NCBI GenBank assembly: GCA_050949255.1
Contig: JBMNFJ010000015.1
Coordinates: forward strand, 30,646-94,645
Length of the DNA: 64,000 nucleotides
DNA from: Caldicoprobacterales bacterium
Lineage (GTDB): Bacteria; Bacillota; Clostridia; Caldicoprobacterales; UBA3941
Direction of reading: 5' to 3'
Of the stretch, positions 9,344 through 18,235 are shown one piece after another. The notes beneath the pieces are model-generated. The model did no database searches and had not been told where the DNA came from. It saw nothing but the letters and a program-made list of their open reading frames with translations. The position numbers were made by a program, and so were the translations under genes. The stretch's first letter is position 1, and every line of letters starts with the position of its first letter.

Positions 9344-9380
9344 GAAATATCCCCCCTAAGTATTGGTTGATCTGGTTTGG

Positions 9381-11723
9381 TCAGACCTTGAACTGCCTGA
9401 CCAGCTCTTCCAGCTTTTCACCCAGTTCCGCCAGATCAACGGCTGCGCTGTTGGTATCGCTGGCCCCAATAGCCGCTTCATGGGCAGCCTGGTTGATCTC
9501 CTGGGTGCTGAGGGTAATATCGCTGACTCCCTTTGACACCTCGCTGGTGGACAGGGCGATCTGCTCCATCTTCCTGGAGGACTCTTCGGTCTTATGGGCT
9601 ACCTCGTTGGCCGCCTGGGACAATTCCTGGGCGGATCTGGCTATCTCCTGTACACCGGCCGAGGCCTTCCCCGCATTCTGGGCCGCACCCTCGGATTTCT
9701 CTGCTACCTCCTGTATCTCCTCACTTATCAGGTTGACCTCACTGGCCGCATCCAGGATGGAGGTGGATATCTCCCCGGTTATAGCGGATTGCTCTGTAAC
9801 CGCAGCCGCAATGGCGTTGGTTATCTGGGTTGTTTCCTCTATAACCTTGTTTATGGTCTCCACAGCCTCTACGGCCTGGCTCATGTTGTTTTGCATATCC
9901 TCTATCTGCTGGGCAATCTCTTCCGTGGCCTCTGCAGTCTGCTTGGCCAGCTCCTTAACCTCGTTGGCCACAACAGCAAAGCCCTTGCCCGCCTCTCCGG
10001 CCCCTGCTGCCTCTATGGCCGCATTAAGGGCCAGCATGTTGGTCTGATCCGCTATATCGTTTATAACATTGACTATCTTGCCTATCTGTTTGGAGGATGT
10101 ATTGAGCCTCTTTATAATCTCATTGGTCTGCTGGGCCCTCTGCTGTGCCCCGGATATTATAACCATGGAGCGCTCGGAATTGCTGCTGACATCCCCCAGG
10201 GAAATATTGAGTTCCTTGATTGCCGTGGCACCCCCATTTACCGCCAGGGATACCTGGGCCGCGGAACCGGCTATCCTGGTAATCATATCGGAAATCTCCT
10301 GTATGGCCATCCTCACCTGTTCCACATTCCCCGAGGTCTCCTCGGAAGCCATTGCCAGGTTATGTGTGGAAGCGGACATCTCTTCAATAGCCGATGCCAC
10401 TACGCTCATATTGTTCTTTGTATCATTGGAAGCCAGAGCCGTATCGTCAATGCTTACGGTTATCTCTTCCAAGGCCGCCATTACGTTATCGGTCTTTGCA
10501 TTCATCTCCTCGCTGTTGGCAGCCAGGGCGTTGGACACCTGGGTAAGGGTGCTGGAAGACTCCGACAGGGCCATGGTCATATCGTATATCTCCCGGGCCA
10601 TGGTCTGTATCTTCTCAACAAACTGGTTGAAATACCTGGCCAATCTTCCCGCTTCGTCCTGGGAGGTCTCGGGTATCCTTATGGTCAGATCCCCCTGTCC
10701 CCTGGATATGTCCTCCAGCATTGCTATGGTCTCGTCCAGGGGTTTTAAACTGGTTGCCGTTATCCTCCACAGGAAGAAGAGCCCCAGTATGGACAGGCCG
10801 CCCCCAACGGCTATGACCATCAGGTTGAAGGTCTTTATGGGCTGCATGAAGATGTCCCTGTTAAGGGTGATGGCCAGGGACCATCCCAGGCCTTCAAAAT
10901 CGCCGACCCCGGACATATGGGTATATCCTACCAGCTTTTCTACACCTTCATAGGTGTACTCACCGCTACCGCTTTCACCGGAAATCATCTTATGGGCGAT
11001 CTCTCCCAGGGCATCATCCCTGTCGGCGATATTCTCGTTTCCCATCTTTTCCGCGACGGGATGCCATACCAAAGTCCCCTCTTTATCCAATATGTATGGG
11101 TAACTGCCGGTATTGCCCTGCTCTACCAGGTCATCGATTATGTCCTCCATCATATCGTGGATGATCTTGTCCGACATACGGGCCGTCAGTATCCCTATGG
11201 GCTTATTGGATCTGTCGAAAATGGGATAGCTGAAGGTCACGACATTCTTCCCAAGATCCCTGCTCATCCTGTATTCATAATAAATGTTCTGTTTTTCCCT
11301 GGTGTTTACAAACCAGGATGCGTCGCTGTAATCGTTTCGTACATTTGCGCTGCTGGAGGCTATCAGCTTTCCGTTCATATCCACCATCAGCATATCATGA
11401 TATGTATCCCCGTACTGGGTTATGGCATGGGACAGGGTATCCTGTTTCAGGCTGACACTGGCCGTAGTGTCCACTATATCCTTATTGTTGGCAAGGATAC
11501 GGACATCCCCAATGCGCTCATTCATGAAATGGTCCAGCATCTCCCCGTGGGCATCAGCCATGGACTGGATGCTTGCCTTGGAATTTTTTATGAGTAGGGT
11601 ACCTGCTATCCTCATGGCGGTTATGACTACAAAGGCCAGGATGGCAAGTATGAGGATCCCTGTAAGAAAAGGGATTTTCACCTTTAGACTCTTGGATCTG
11701 TGCTTATTGGTGCTTCCCATCAT
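9381..11723 (-). CDS. Methyl-accepting chemotaxis protein (N-terminal TM, Cache-like periplasmic domain, second TM, HAMP, long MA signalling domain)
   Basis: 780 aa. Signalling hairpin core [37 protein letters not shown]. The only MCP in the operon. Confidence 0.9.
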   Translation of the reverse strand: MMGSTNKHRSKSLKVKIPFLTGILILAILAFVVITAMRIAGTLLIKNSKASIQSMADAHGEMLDHFMNERIGDVRILANNKDIVDTTASVSLKQDTLSHAITQYGDTYHDMLMVDMNGKLIASSSANVRNDYSDASWFVNTREKQNIYYEYRMSRDLGKNVVTFSYPIFDRSNKPIGILTARMSDKIIHDMMEDIIDDLVEQGNTGSYPYILDKEGTLVWHPVAEKMGNENIADRDDALGEIAHKMISGESGSGEYTYEGVEKLVGYTHMSGVGDFEGLGWSLAITLNRDIFMQPIKTFNLMVIAVGGGLSILGLFFLWRITATSLKPLDETIAMLEDISRGQGDLTIRIPETSQDEAGRLARYFNQFVEKIQTMAREIYDMTMALSESSSTLTQVSNALAANSEEMNAKTDNVMAALEEITVSIDDTALASNDTKNNMSVVASAIEEMSASTHNLAMASEETSGNVEQVRMAIQEISDMITRIAGSAAQVSLAVNGGATAIKELNISLGDVSSNSERSMVIISGAQQRAQQTNEIIKRLNTSSKQIGKIVNVINDIADQTNMLALNAAIEAAGAGEAGKGFAVVANEVKELAKQTAEATEEIAQQIEDMQNNMSQAVEAVETINKVIEETTQITNAIAAAVTEQSAITGEISTSILDAASEVNLISEEIQEVAEKSEGAAQNAGKASAGVQEIARSAQELSQAANEVAHKTEESSRKMEQIALSTSEVSKGVSDITLSTQEINQAAHEAAIGASDTNSAAVDLAELGEKLEELVRQFKV

Positions 11724-11786
11724 TGGTCTTCCTTTCTATAGTGTAGTTGGGGGTGTTGTAGTGAAGAGTAATGCTTAATTGAATCC

Positions 11787-11968
11787 GTTGTACTTAACTT
11801 GTAATGGCTATTGAGCGCTCCTGACTTCGTAAGAGCAACGTCATCGCTGAAGTTTCAAAAAAATAATTATAATTTTGATATAGCAAACCTTAATGGTATA
11901 GTGTTTTTTGAAACTTCCCTACATCCAACACCGATTTGGAGAAAACTAAGGCTTATTCCATTTGAAGC
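11787..11968 (-). repeat. Truncated copy of the modular intergenic element between cheW and the MCP gene
   Basis: GTAATGGCTATTGAGCGC..GAAGTTTCAAAAAAA..TTTTTTGAAACTTCC..CGATTTGGAGAAAACTAAGGCTTATTCCATTTGAAGC aligns with 31902-32090 and with the reverse complement of 42190-42250. Confidence 0.8.
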
Positions 11969-11970
11969 AT

Positions 11971-12393
11971 CTAACCGAATATCCTATGGATATCCAAAAC
12001 GGCCACCAGCTCATCTTCCAATCGTACAACCTCTTTTATGTATTGTCCATATTCATGCTCCAGGTTCTCAGGCAGGGGCTGACGCCATTGGTCAGGTATA
12101 TCCAGGACGTCCCCCGGCCTGTCCACCACGAAGCCCAAATATTCATTTTCCGCATCATTATTCTTTAAAACTATACAGGTGGGCCCCTCAGGAATGTCGG
12201 ATTTCCTCTTATGGAGGATGCAGGCCACATCAAATATGGTTACGACCTGTCCCCTCATATTATATAATCCGACTATATGCTCCGGGGCACCGGGCACCTC
12301 TGTATATTTGATTTTTCTGTTAATCTCTTTTACCAGCCCGATATCTATCCCGAATAACTCGCCTTCCAGATAAAAGGTCAATATCCTTATCAT
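11971..12393 (-). CDS. cheW: Chemotaxis coupling protein CheW
   Basis: ILTFYLEGELFGIDIGLVKEI..VPGAPEHIVGLYNMRGQVVTIFD. ATG 12393 overlaps the cheA TGA; the track start is TTG 12396. Confidence 0.9.
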   Translation of the reverse strand: MIRILTFYLEGELFGIDIGLVKEINRKIKYTEVPGAPEHIVGLYNMRGQVVTIFDVACILHKRKSDIPEGPTCIVLKNNDAENEYLGFVVDRPGDVLDIPDQWRQPLPENLEHEYGQYIKEVVRLEDELVAVLDIHRIFG

Positions 12394-14609
12394 CAATACC
12401 GGCCCTCCTTCCCCGCGTTAGCTTCCATAAGGCTTCCTCCTCCATACTCTTCGGGAGCGGCCTTCTGTAATAGTTCATCCAGGTCCAGGGCCAGCACAAT
12501 CCTCCTGTTCCAGAATGTGGTACCCTTTATTCCATGGGCCTTTATGTCCTGCTCATTAAATTCCGAGGGCAGGACAACGGTGTCATGGATTCTGCCGATC
12601 AACAGCCCCATGGGCTGACCCGTCAGCTTTGGTATGATAACGTAGAGCTTTTTCCTATCATATTCCCTCCTGGAGATGGGCAGATATTCCTCCGGCCTTA
12701 TAAGCCTCAGGGTCCGTCCCCTGAATTCTATATATTCCTTATCCCCGACCAGTTCTATATCATCAGGCCTGATCTCCTCAACCCGGGAAACCTGGGATAG
12801 TTCAAGGCCCAGGGTCTCCGTTCCGGAACAGCTGAACAACAGCATGGTCTTTTCTCCCACTGCTGTCTTTTTGGTATCCTGCCTGCTTTCCGAGTCCTTG
12901 TCGGTCTCGGGAAACTTAAGCTCACCTTGAGCAGCCAATCCTTCAGCATCCAGTATCATGGCGATTTTACCATCGCCCAGTATGGTAACTCCGGAATAGC
13001 ACTTAAGATCCTTTAAGTGCCTGGGCAGGGGCTTTACCAGAATTTCCTCATCATCCCGTATGGCGTCTACTACCAAACCGAACCTTCTGTCCCCTATCTT
13101 CAGGACCAGGATCCTTATGACCTCCCGATGGTTTACCAGGCTCTCCCAGGATGAATCCTGTGACAGGCCCAACACCCGGGACAGGGACAGGATGGGCAGC
13201 AATCTATGGCGAAAGCGTAGTACAGGATAACCGTTCAAGAGCTCGATTGACCTATCCCTGTCTCCTGCTTTTACCCTTATCATCTCCTGCAGGTTTACCT
13301 GGGGCAGGGCAAAGTTATGACCTCCGGATTCAACGATAAGGGAGGATATTATGGCCAGGGTCATGGGCAGGTTCAGCTTAAAGGTAGTACCCCCTCCGGC
13401 CTGACTGTCTATTTCGATGCTTCCCCCCATCTTCTCTATGTTGGTCCGTACAACGTCCATGCCCACGCCTCTGCCGGACAGGTCGGTAACACTGCTGGCC
13501 GTTGAAAAGCCCGGCTGCATGATTTGTCCCAGAATCTCCTTCTCATCCATAAGGGATAATTCTTCCTGGGTTTTCAGGCCCTTTTGAAGTATTCTGGCTT
13601 TAAGGAGCTCCACATCTATCCCTGCTCCGTCGTCAGCCACCAGGATGGAGACATATCCCCCTTCCTGAAAGGCGCTGATCTTTACAAGTCCTTCCCTGCT
13701 CTTTCCTGCATCCTCCCGGTCCTGGGGCTTTTCAATACCATGATCTGCAGCATTGCGAATAAGGTGGGTCAGGGGGTCTGCCAGGGCTTCGATGATGGAT
13801 TTATCCAGCTCCACCTGGGTACCCTCCATTTCCAGCCTTATCTCCTTGCCCAATTGTCTTGACAGATCCCTTATTATCCTCGGAAATTTATTGAATACAT
13901 TGCCCAGGGGCTGCATTCTCGTCTGCATAACCCGTTCCTGCAGCTGGGTTGTTATGCTGTCTATGTTTTGAAGTATGGGGTCCAGGCCCTCCACGTGTTT
14001 CCTATGGCCTTCCAATCCCCGCAATAGTTGATTCCTGCCCAAAACCAGTTCGCTGGTCAGGTTCATAAGATCGTTGAGGAGCCCTATGGATACCCTTATG
14101 CTGTCCTCACCCGAGACAGCGGGGACGTTACCCTTAATGTCCTGGTTGCTGTCATGAGAAGGAACAGGGTTGTCATGAACAGTCCCGGCTGCCTCTGTTT
14201 TATCCCCTGGGGACTCTTCAGATAAAATTGCATCCAGGGTATGGATGTAATGCGAGATATCAATTTTGTGACTATTCACCGGATCTTTGACCATGGTGCC
14301 CAGACAATCGTTGGCCTCTAACAGAGCGTCGATGGAAAGGTCATCCAGTTGAACCTTTTCACTCCGAACCGCCCCAAAGAGGCTTTCCATGGAATGGGAC
14401 AGCTTAACTATATTGTCCAGTCCAAAAAAGCCCGCCGTTCCCTTTATACTATGTACGCTTCTAAAAAGTTGGTTTACCAGCTCCTGATCGTTAAGATTGC
14501 TGGCAAGTTTTATAAGATGTGATTCGATTTGCTCTATATGCGACCCGGCTTCATCAATAAAATCCTGTATAAACTCTTCATTCTTCAGCAACCAAATTAC
14601 CCCCGTCAC
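12393..14609 (-). CDS. cheA: Chemotaxis histidine kinase CheA (Hpt, dimerisation, HATPase, two tandem CheW-like domains)
   Basis: FRSVHSIKGTAGFFG (Hpt), NAADHGIE and DDGAGI..GRGVGMDVV (HATPase), then two CheW-like segments. Start could be TTG 14591 (GGGGGT RBS) rather than GTG 14609. Confidence 0.9.
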   Translation of the reverse strand: MTGVIWLLKNEEFIQDFIDEAGSHIEQIESHLIKLASNLNDQELVNQLFRSVHSIKGTAGFFGLDNIVKLSHSMESLFGAVRSEKVQLDDLSIDALLEANDCLGTMVKDPVNSHKIDISHYIHTLDAILSEESPGDKTEAAGTVHDNPVPSHDSNQDIKGNVPAVSGEDSIRVSIGLLNDLMNLTSELVLGRNQLLRGLEGHRKHVEGLDPILQNIDSITTQLQERVMQTRMQPLGNVFNKFPRIIRDLSRQLGKEIRLEMEGTQVELDKSIIEALADPLTHLIRNAADHGIEKPQDREDAGKSREGLVKISAFQEGGYVSILVADDGAGIDVELLKARILQKGLKTQEELSLMDEKEILGQIMQPGFSTASSVTDLSGRGVGMDVVRTNIEKMGGSIEIDSQAGGGTTFKLNLPMTLAIISSLIVESGGHNFALPQVNLQEMIRVKAGDRDRSIELLNGYPVLRFRHRLLPILSLSRVLGLSQDSSWESLVNHREVIRILVLKIGDRRFGLVVDAIRDDEEILVKPLPRHLKDLKCYSGVTILGDGKIAMILDAEGLAAQGELKFPETDKDSESRQDTKKTAVGEKTMLLFSCSGTETLGLELSQVSRVEEIRPDDIELVGDKEYIEFRGRTLRLIRPEEYLPISRREYDRKKLYVIIPKLTGQPMGLLIGRIHDTVVLPSEFNEQDIKAHGIKGTTFWNRRIVLALDLDELLQKAAPEEYGGGSLMEANAGKEGRY

Positions 14610-14928
14610 TAGCTATACACTTAATAGCCATTATACCGTATAGTCTTATATAATTTATATCGAATTTTAAAAGATTTTGTCATATAACTGTTTAATGATA
14701 ACCCTATTTCACAAAAGTCAAACATATATCAAAAGGCGATACTGGCATATCATATTACATCCCATGTCCAGGTGGTAAGCATGTGTCCGGATAAGAAAAG
14801 ATTATTGGGAAACCATAAGGCAAAAAGACCTGATAGTCATCCATATGGCGAATCACCAGCCAAACCCATACATAAAAAAGGCCATGTAAGTTTTCTGACA
14901 ATTGCAGCTTTTAATTTAAAAAATGTTA

Positions 14929-14957
14929 TTGTTTTAACTTACGTTTTGTGGTATAGT
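14929..14957 (+). promoter_or_regulatory. Candidate sigma-A promoter for the citrate synthase gene
   Basis: TTGTTT, 17 nt spacer, TATAGT, about 60 nt upstream of the start. Confidence 0.3.
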
Positions 14958-15018
14958 ATGGTTCATATATCTATACACATTGCAATGATACAATGTAAAC
15001 GAGAGGTGTTGTTTGATC

Positions 15019-16386
15019 ATGGGATTTAACGGGAACGATGTGATAATGAAAGTTTTGCCCGATGAGTTGCGAATACTTGCGGAATCCAATAATTTTATTC
15101 CTATAGAATTACACCAGGTTCACAATACAAAAAGGGGACTTAGAAACAGTGACGGCACGGGTGTGCTGGTTGGTTTAACCCAGATCGGGGATGTAATAGG
15201 CTACTACCGCGAGAACGGCAGGAAGGTACCTACGGAAGGCCGCCTACTCTACCGGGGCATCGATATACATGATATAGTTAAGGGTTTCCAGGCCGACAAG
15301 AGGTTCGGATTTGAGGAAACCGCCTATCTGCTTCTATTTGGCAAGCTGCCGGATGCCAAACAACTAAAGGAGTTTGAAGAGCTCCTGGGTGAATACAGGA
15401 CCTTGCCCGATGGTTTTGCCGAGGATATGATATTTAAGGCCCCAAGTATTGATATTATGAATAAGCTGGCCAGGAGCGTCCTTGCCTCCTATTCCTACGA
15501 TGAAAATCCGGACGATATCAGTGTTCGTAATGTGTTGAGGCAATGCATCGAATTGATAGCCAGATTTCCCGCCTTCGTAGCATGTGCCTATCAGGCCAAG
15601 TGTCATTACCATGATGGTGAGAGCCTCCACATCCATTATCCCCAGAAGGACCTCAGCACTGCAGAGAATATCCTGTATCTGGTAAGGCCTGATAATAAAT
15701 TCACGAGATTGGAAGCAGAGCTGCTGGATCTATCCCTGGTCCTTCACGCTGAGCATGGTGGCGGTAACAATTCCAGCTTTACCACTCATGTGGTTACCTC
15801 ATCGGGTACTGATACTTACTCCGCTATTGCAGCGGCTGTAGGTTCACTGAAGGGTCCCAAGCACGGCGGAGCCAACGCCAAGGTAATGGCCATGATGGAG
15901 GATATCAAGGCCAATGTATATGATTGGTCCAATGATAGGGAGGTAGCCAACTATATTCGGAAGATCCTGCGCAGAGAAGCCTTTGACGGCAGCGGTCTGG
16001 TCTACGGCCTGGGCCATGCGGTCTATACCCTTTCCGATCCCAGGGCCGTCCTCCTAAAGGAAAAGGCCGAGCAATTGGCTGAGGTAACGGGGATGGTAAA
16101 GGAATTTGAACTCTATAAATCCATAGAGAGGCTGGCTCCTGAAATCTTCTGTGAGGTAACAAAGAATACCAAAACCATTTCGGCCAATGTAGATTTCTAT
16201 TCCGGTTTTGTCTATAAGATGCTCAATATACCGGAGGATCTCTATACCCCCATCTTTGCAATAGCCAGGATGCCGGGTTGGGCTGCTCACAGAATAGAAG
16301 AGCTGGTCAGCGGGGGCAGGATTATCAGGCCTGCATATAAGAACGTCATGCCCTGCAATGACTACATTCCTCTCAAGGACAGATGA
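15019..16386 (+). CDS. Citrate synthase
   Basis: LVLHAEHGGGNNSSF..GPKHGGAN..GLGHAVY..VDFYSG citrate synthase signatures. ATG 15019 preferred over TTG 15013. Confidence 0.9.
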   Translation: MGFNGNDVIMKVLPDELRILAESNNFIPIELHQVHNTKRGLRNSDGTGVLVGLTQIGDVIGYYRENGRKVPTEGRLLYRGIDIHDIVKGFQADKRFGFEETAYLLLFGKLPDAKQLKEFEELLGEYRTLPDGFAEDMIFKAPSIDIMNKLARSVLASYSYDENPDDISVRNVLRQCIELIARFPAFVACAYQAKCHYHDGESLHIHYPQKDLSTAENILYLVRPDNKFTRLEAELLDLSLVLHAEHGGGNNSSFTTHVVTSSGTDTYSAIAAAVGSLKGPKHGGANAKVMAMMEDIKANVYDWSNDREVANYIRKILRREAFDGSGLVYGLGHAVYTLSDPRAVLLKEKAEQLAEVTGMVKEFELYKSIERLAPEIFCEVTKNTKTISANVDFYSGFVYKMLNIPEDLYTPIFAIARMPGWAAHRIEELVSGGRIIRPAYKNVMPCNDYIPLKDR

Positions 16387-16414
16387 ACCGATATAAAATA
16401 TTAAATCAACACGT

Positions 16415-16683
16415 TATGCTAGTTCATAATCTTAGGTAATGGCTATTGATAAGCGGATGACTTCATTGATTTGGTTAAGAAAACTTGGCTTGTGAAATGC
16501 AGAAAAGCCGTAGTTTTCTCCAAATCGATGTCGGAATAGTGAAGTTTCAAAAAATACATTATCATTAACGTTTGCTGACTAAAAACTATAATAGATTTTT
16601 TTGAAACTTCAACGATGCCGTAACTTTTATGATGGTAGTAAAGCGATCAATAGCCATTACCGGCATATGATTGACTAGCACAA
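16415..16683 (+). repeat. Full-length (~270 bp) modular intergenic element, reference copy
   Basis: Terminal inverted repeats TTATGCTAGTTCATAATCTTAGGTAATGGCTATTGA ... TCAATAGCCATTACCGGCATATGATTGACTAGCACAA. Internal hairpin A and palindromic module B (GAAGTTTCAAAAAAT...ATTTTTTGAAACTTC). Confidence 0.9.
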
Positions 16684-16710
16684 AAGTTTTAATCATATCA
16701 TTTCTACCAT

Positions 16711-16755
16711 AGGAAAGGACCTATCCACCGACAATGGATGGGTCCTTTCCTTTTC
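16711..16755 (+). terminator. Rho-independent terminator of the citrate synthase transcript, downstream of the repeat
   Basis: AGGAAAGGACCTATCCA-CCGACAA-TGGATGGGTCCTTTCCT followed by TTTT. Confidence 0.8.
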
Positions 16756-16922
16756 TGAATGATTTTCTTCCATAAACAAATAATATCCTTATGCTAACCT
16801 GGGGTTTTTTTACGTGGGTACTTCCCGTATTGATGAATAATCCCAGGTAATGTACTTTGCATTTAATCGGATCAAAGTATTCAATTGGACCAAAGAATTA
16901 CGCAAAAATCAGGAGGAAGTTT

Positions 16923-18077
16923 ATGAGAAGAGTTGTTACAGTCCTAATTATATTGCAAGTTATGTCTTCATTATATATATGGACCCCGTCCATGGGGGCC
17001 CCACCGGAAAACTCGGCCAGGGCTGCAGTCCTGATGGAAGTGGAATCAGGCAGGGTCTTGTATGAAAAGAATCCTCATGAGAAGTTGCCCATGGCCAGCA
17101 CCACCAAGATAATGACCGCCATTCTGGCCATTGAAAACACTCACCCCTCGGATGTTGTTAAGATCTCTCCCCAGGCCTCGGGGATAGAGGGCTCTTCCCT
17201 GTACCTGGTTGCAGGTGAAGAGTTGACCATGGAACAGCTCCTGTATGGTCTTATGCTAAGGTCCGGCAACGATGCCGCAACTGCCATTGCAGAGCATATA
17301 GCCGGATCCGTAGAGGATTTTGCCATGATGATGAACAAGAAGGCCAGGGAGCTCGGAGCCATGAACACCAACTTTATGAACCCCCACGGCCTCCATCATG
17401 AGCAGCATTATACCACTGCTTATGATTTAGCCCTGATTTCGGCTTATGCCATGAAAAACTCCACCTTCCGTGAGATCGTGTCCACCAGATACCATAGGAT
17501 TCCCTGGCAGGACCAGCCCTGGGACAGGGTACTTATGAACAAAAACGCCCTGCTCTGGGACTATAAGGGCGCAAACGGCATAAAGACCGGGTATACCAAG
17601 GCCGCCAGAAGATGCCTTGCCTCGGCAGCCCTGCGGGACGGAATGCAGCTGGTGGCCGTAGTACTAAACTGCCAGCCCTGGTTTGAGGACAGCGCAGCCA
17701 TACTGGACTACGGTTTCAGGGAATACCGGATGACTCCCCTGTTTTCCCAGGGAGAAAGGGTAGGCAGCATACCTGTAAAAAACGGCTTTAAGAAAGAGGT
17801 GGAACTGATCGTCAAGGATGATATCTCCGTCCCCTTAACCGATGAGGAGCGTGAGCAGGTCTCCATAACCCTTAAGCATCCGGAATCTCTTAGAGCCCCT
17901 GTTACTGCAAACACCAGGGTTGGGACTATAAATATCTCCCTGGGAAACAACTTCACCTTATCAAAGGATATATACACGGCTTCCGATGTAAGGGAGAATT
18001 CCTTTACCTCCAACCTTCAAAGGATTATCAGACAATGGATGAGCAATACCTGGGACATCCTCTTCCCCAGCCCCTGA
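16923..18077 (+). CDS. D-alanyl-D-alanine carboxypeptidase (peptidase S11, PBP5-like)
   Basis: ASTTK (SxxK), SGND (SxN) and KTGYT (KTG) motifs; signal peptide; AGGAGGA RBS before ATG 16923. Confidence 0.9.
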   Translation: MRRVVTVLIILQVMSSLYIWTPSMGAPPENSARAAVLMEVESGRVLYEKNPHEKLPMASTTKIMTAILAIENTHPSDVVKISPQASGIEGSSLYLVAGEELTMEQLLYGLMLRSGNDAATAIAEHIAGSVEDFAMMMNKKARELGAMNTNFMNPHGLHHEQHYTTAYDLALISAYAMKNSTFREIVSTRYHRIPWQDQPWDRVLMNKNALLWDYKGANGIKTGYTKAARRCLASAALRDGMQLVAVVLNCQPWFEDSAAILDYGFREYRMTPLFSQGERVGSIPVKNGFKKEVELIVKDDISVPLTDEEREQVSITLKHPESLRAPVTANTRVGTINISLGNNFTLSKDIYTASDVRENSFTSNLQRIIRQWMSNTWDILFPSP

Positions 18078-18235
18078 AATCCCACAGGATATGGGTCAAT
18101 ATGCTAAATAATGGCAGGAGGAACCGGCCGGCCCAAGGGACTGACTGTCCTTTTTTGTATAAAACAATTGTTGCTATATCAGGATATCCATTATAAAATA
18201 TAAGATGGGAGGTAAAAGATTGGAGGCGTTAGACT

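Noticed and set aside
9367-10953. Several long plus-strand ORFs (226, 384 and 294 aa)
   Set aside because: They are antisense shadows of the MCP gene. The coiled-coil Ala/Ser/Glu-rich coding sequence keeps the opposite strand open. The translations are repetitive and Leu/Gly/Tyr-rich.
14772-15029. 85-aa ORF upstream of citrate synthase
   Set aside because: GTG start without an RBS, AT-rich promoter-like sequence and basic low-complexity translation. It overlaps the candidate promoter and start of the citrate synthase gene.
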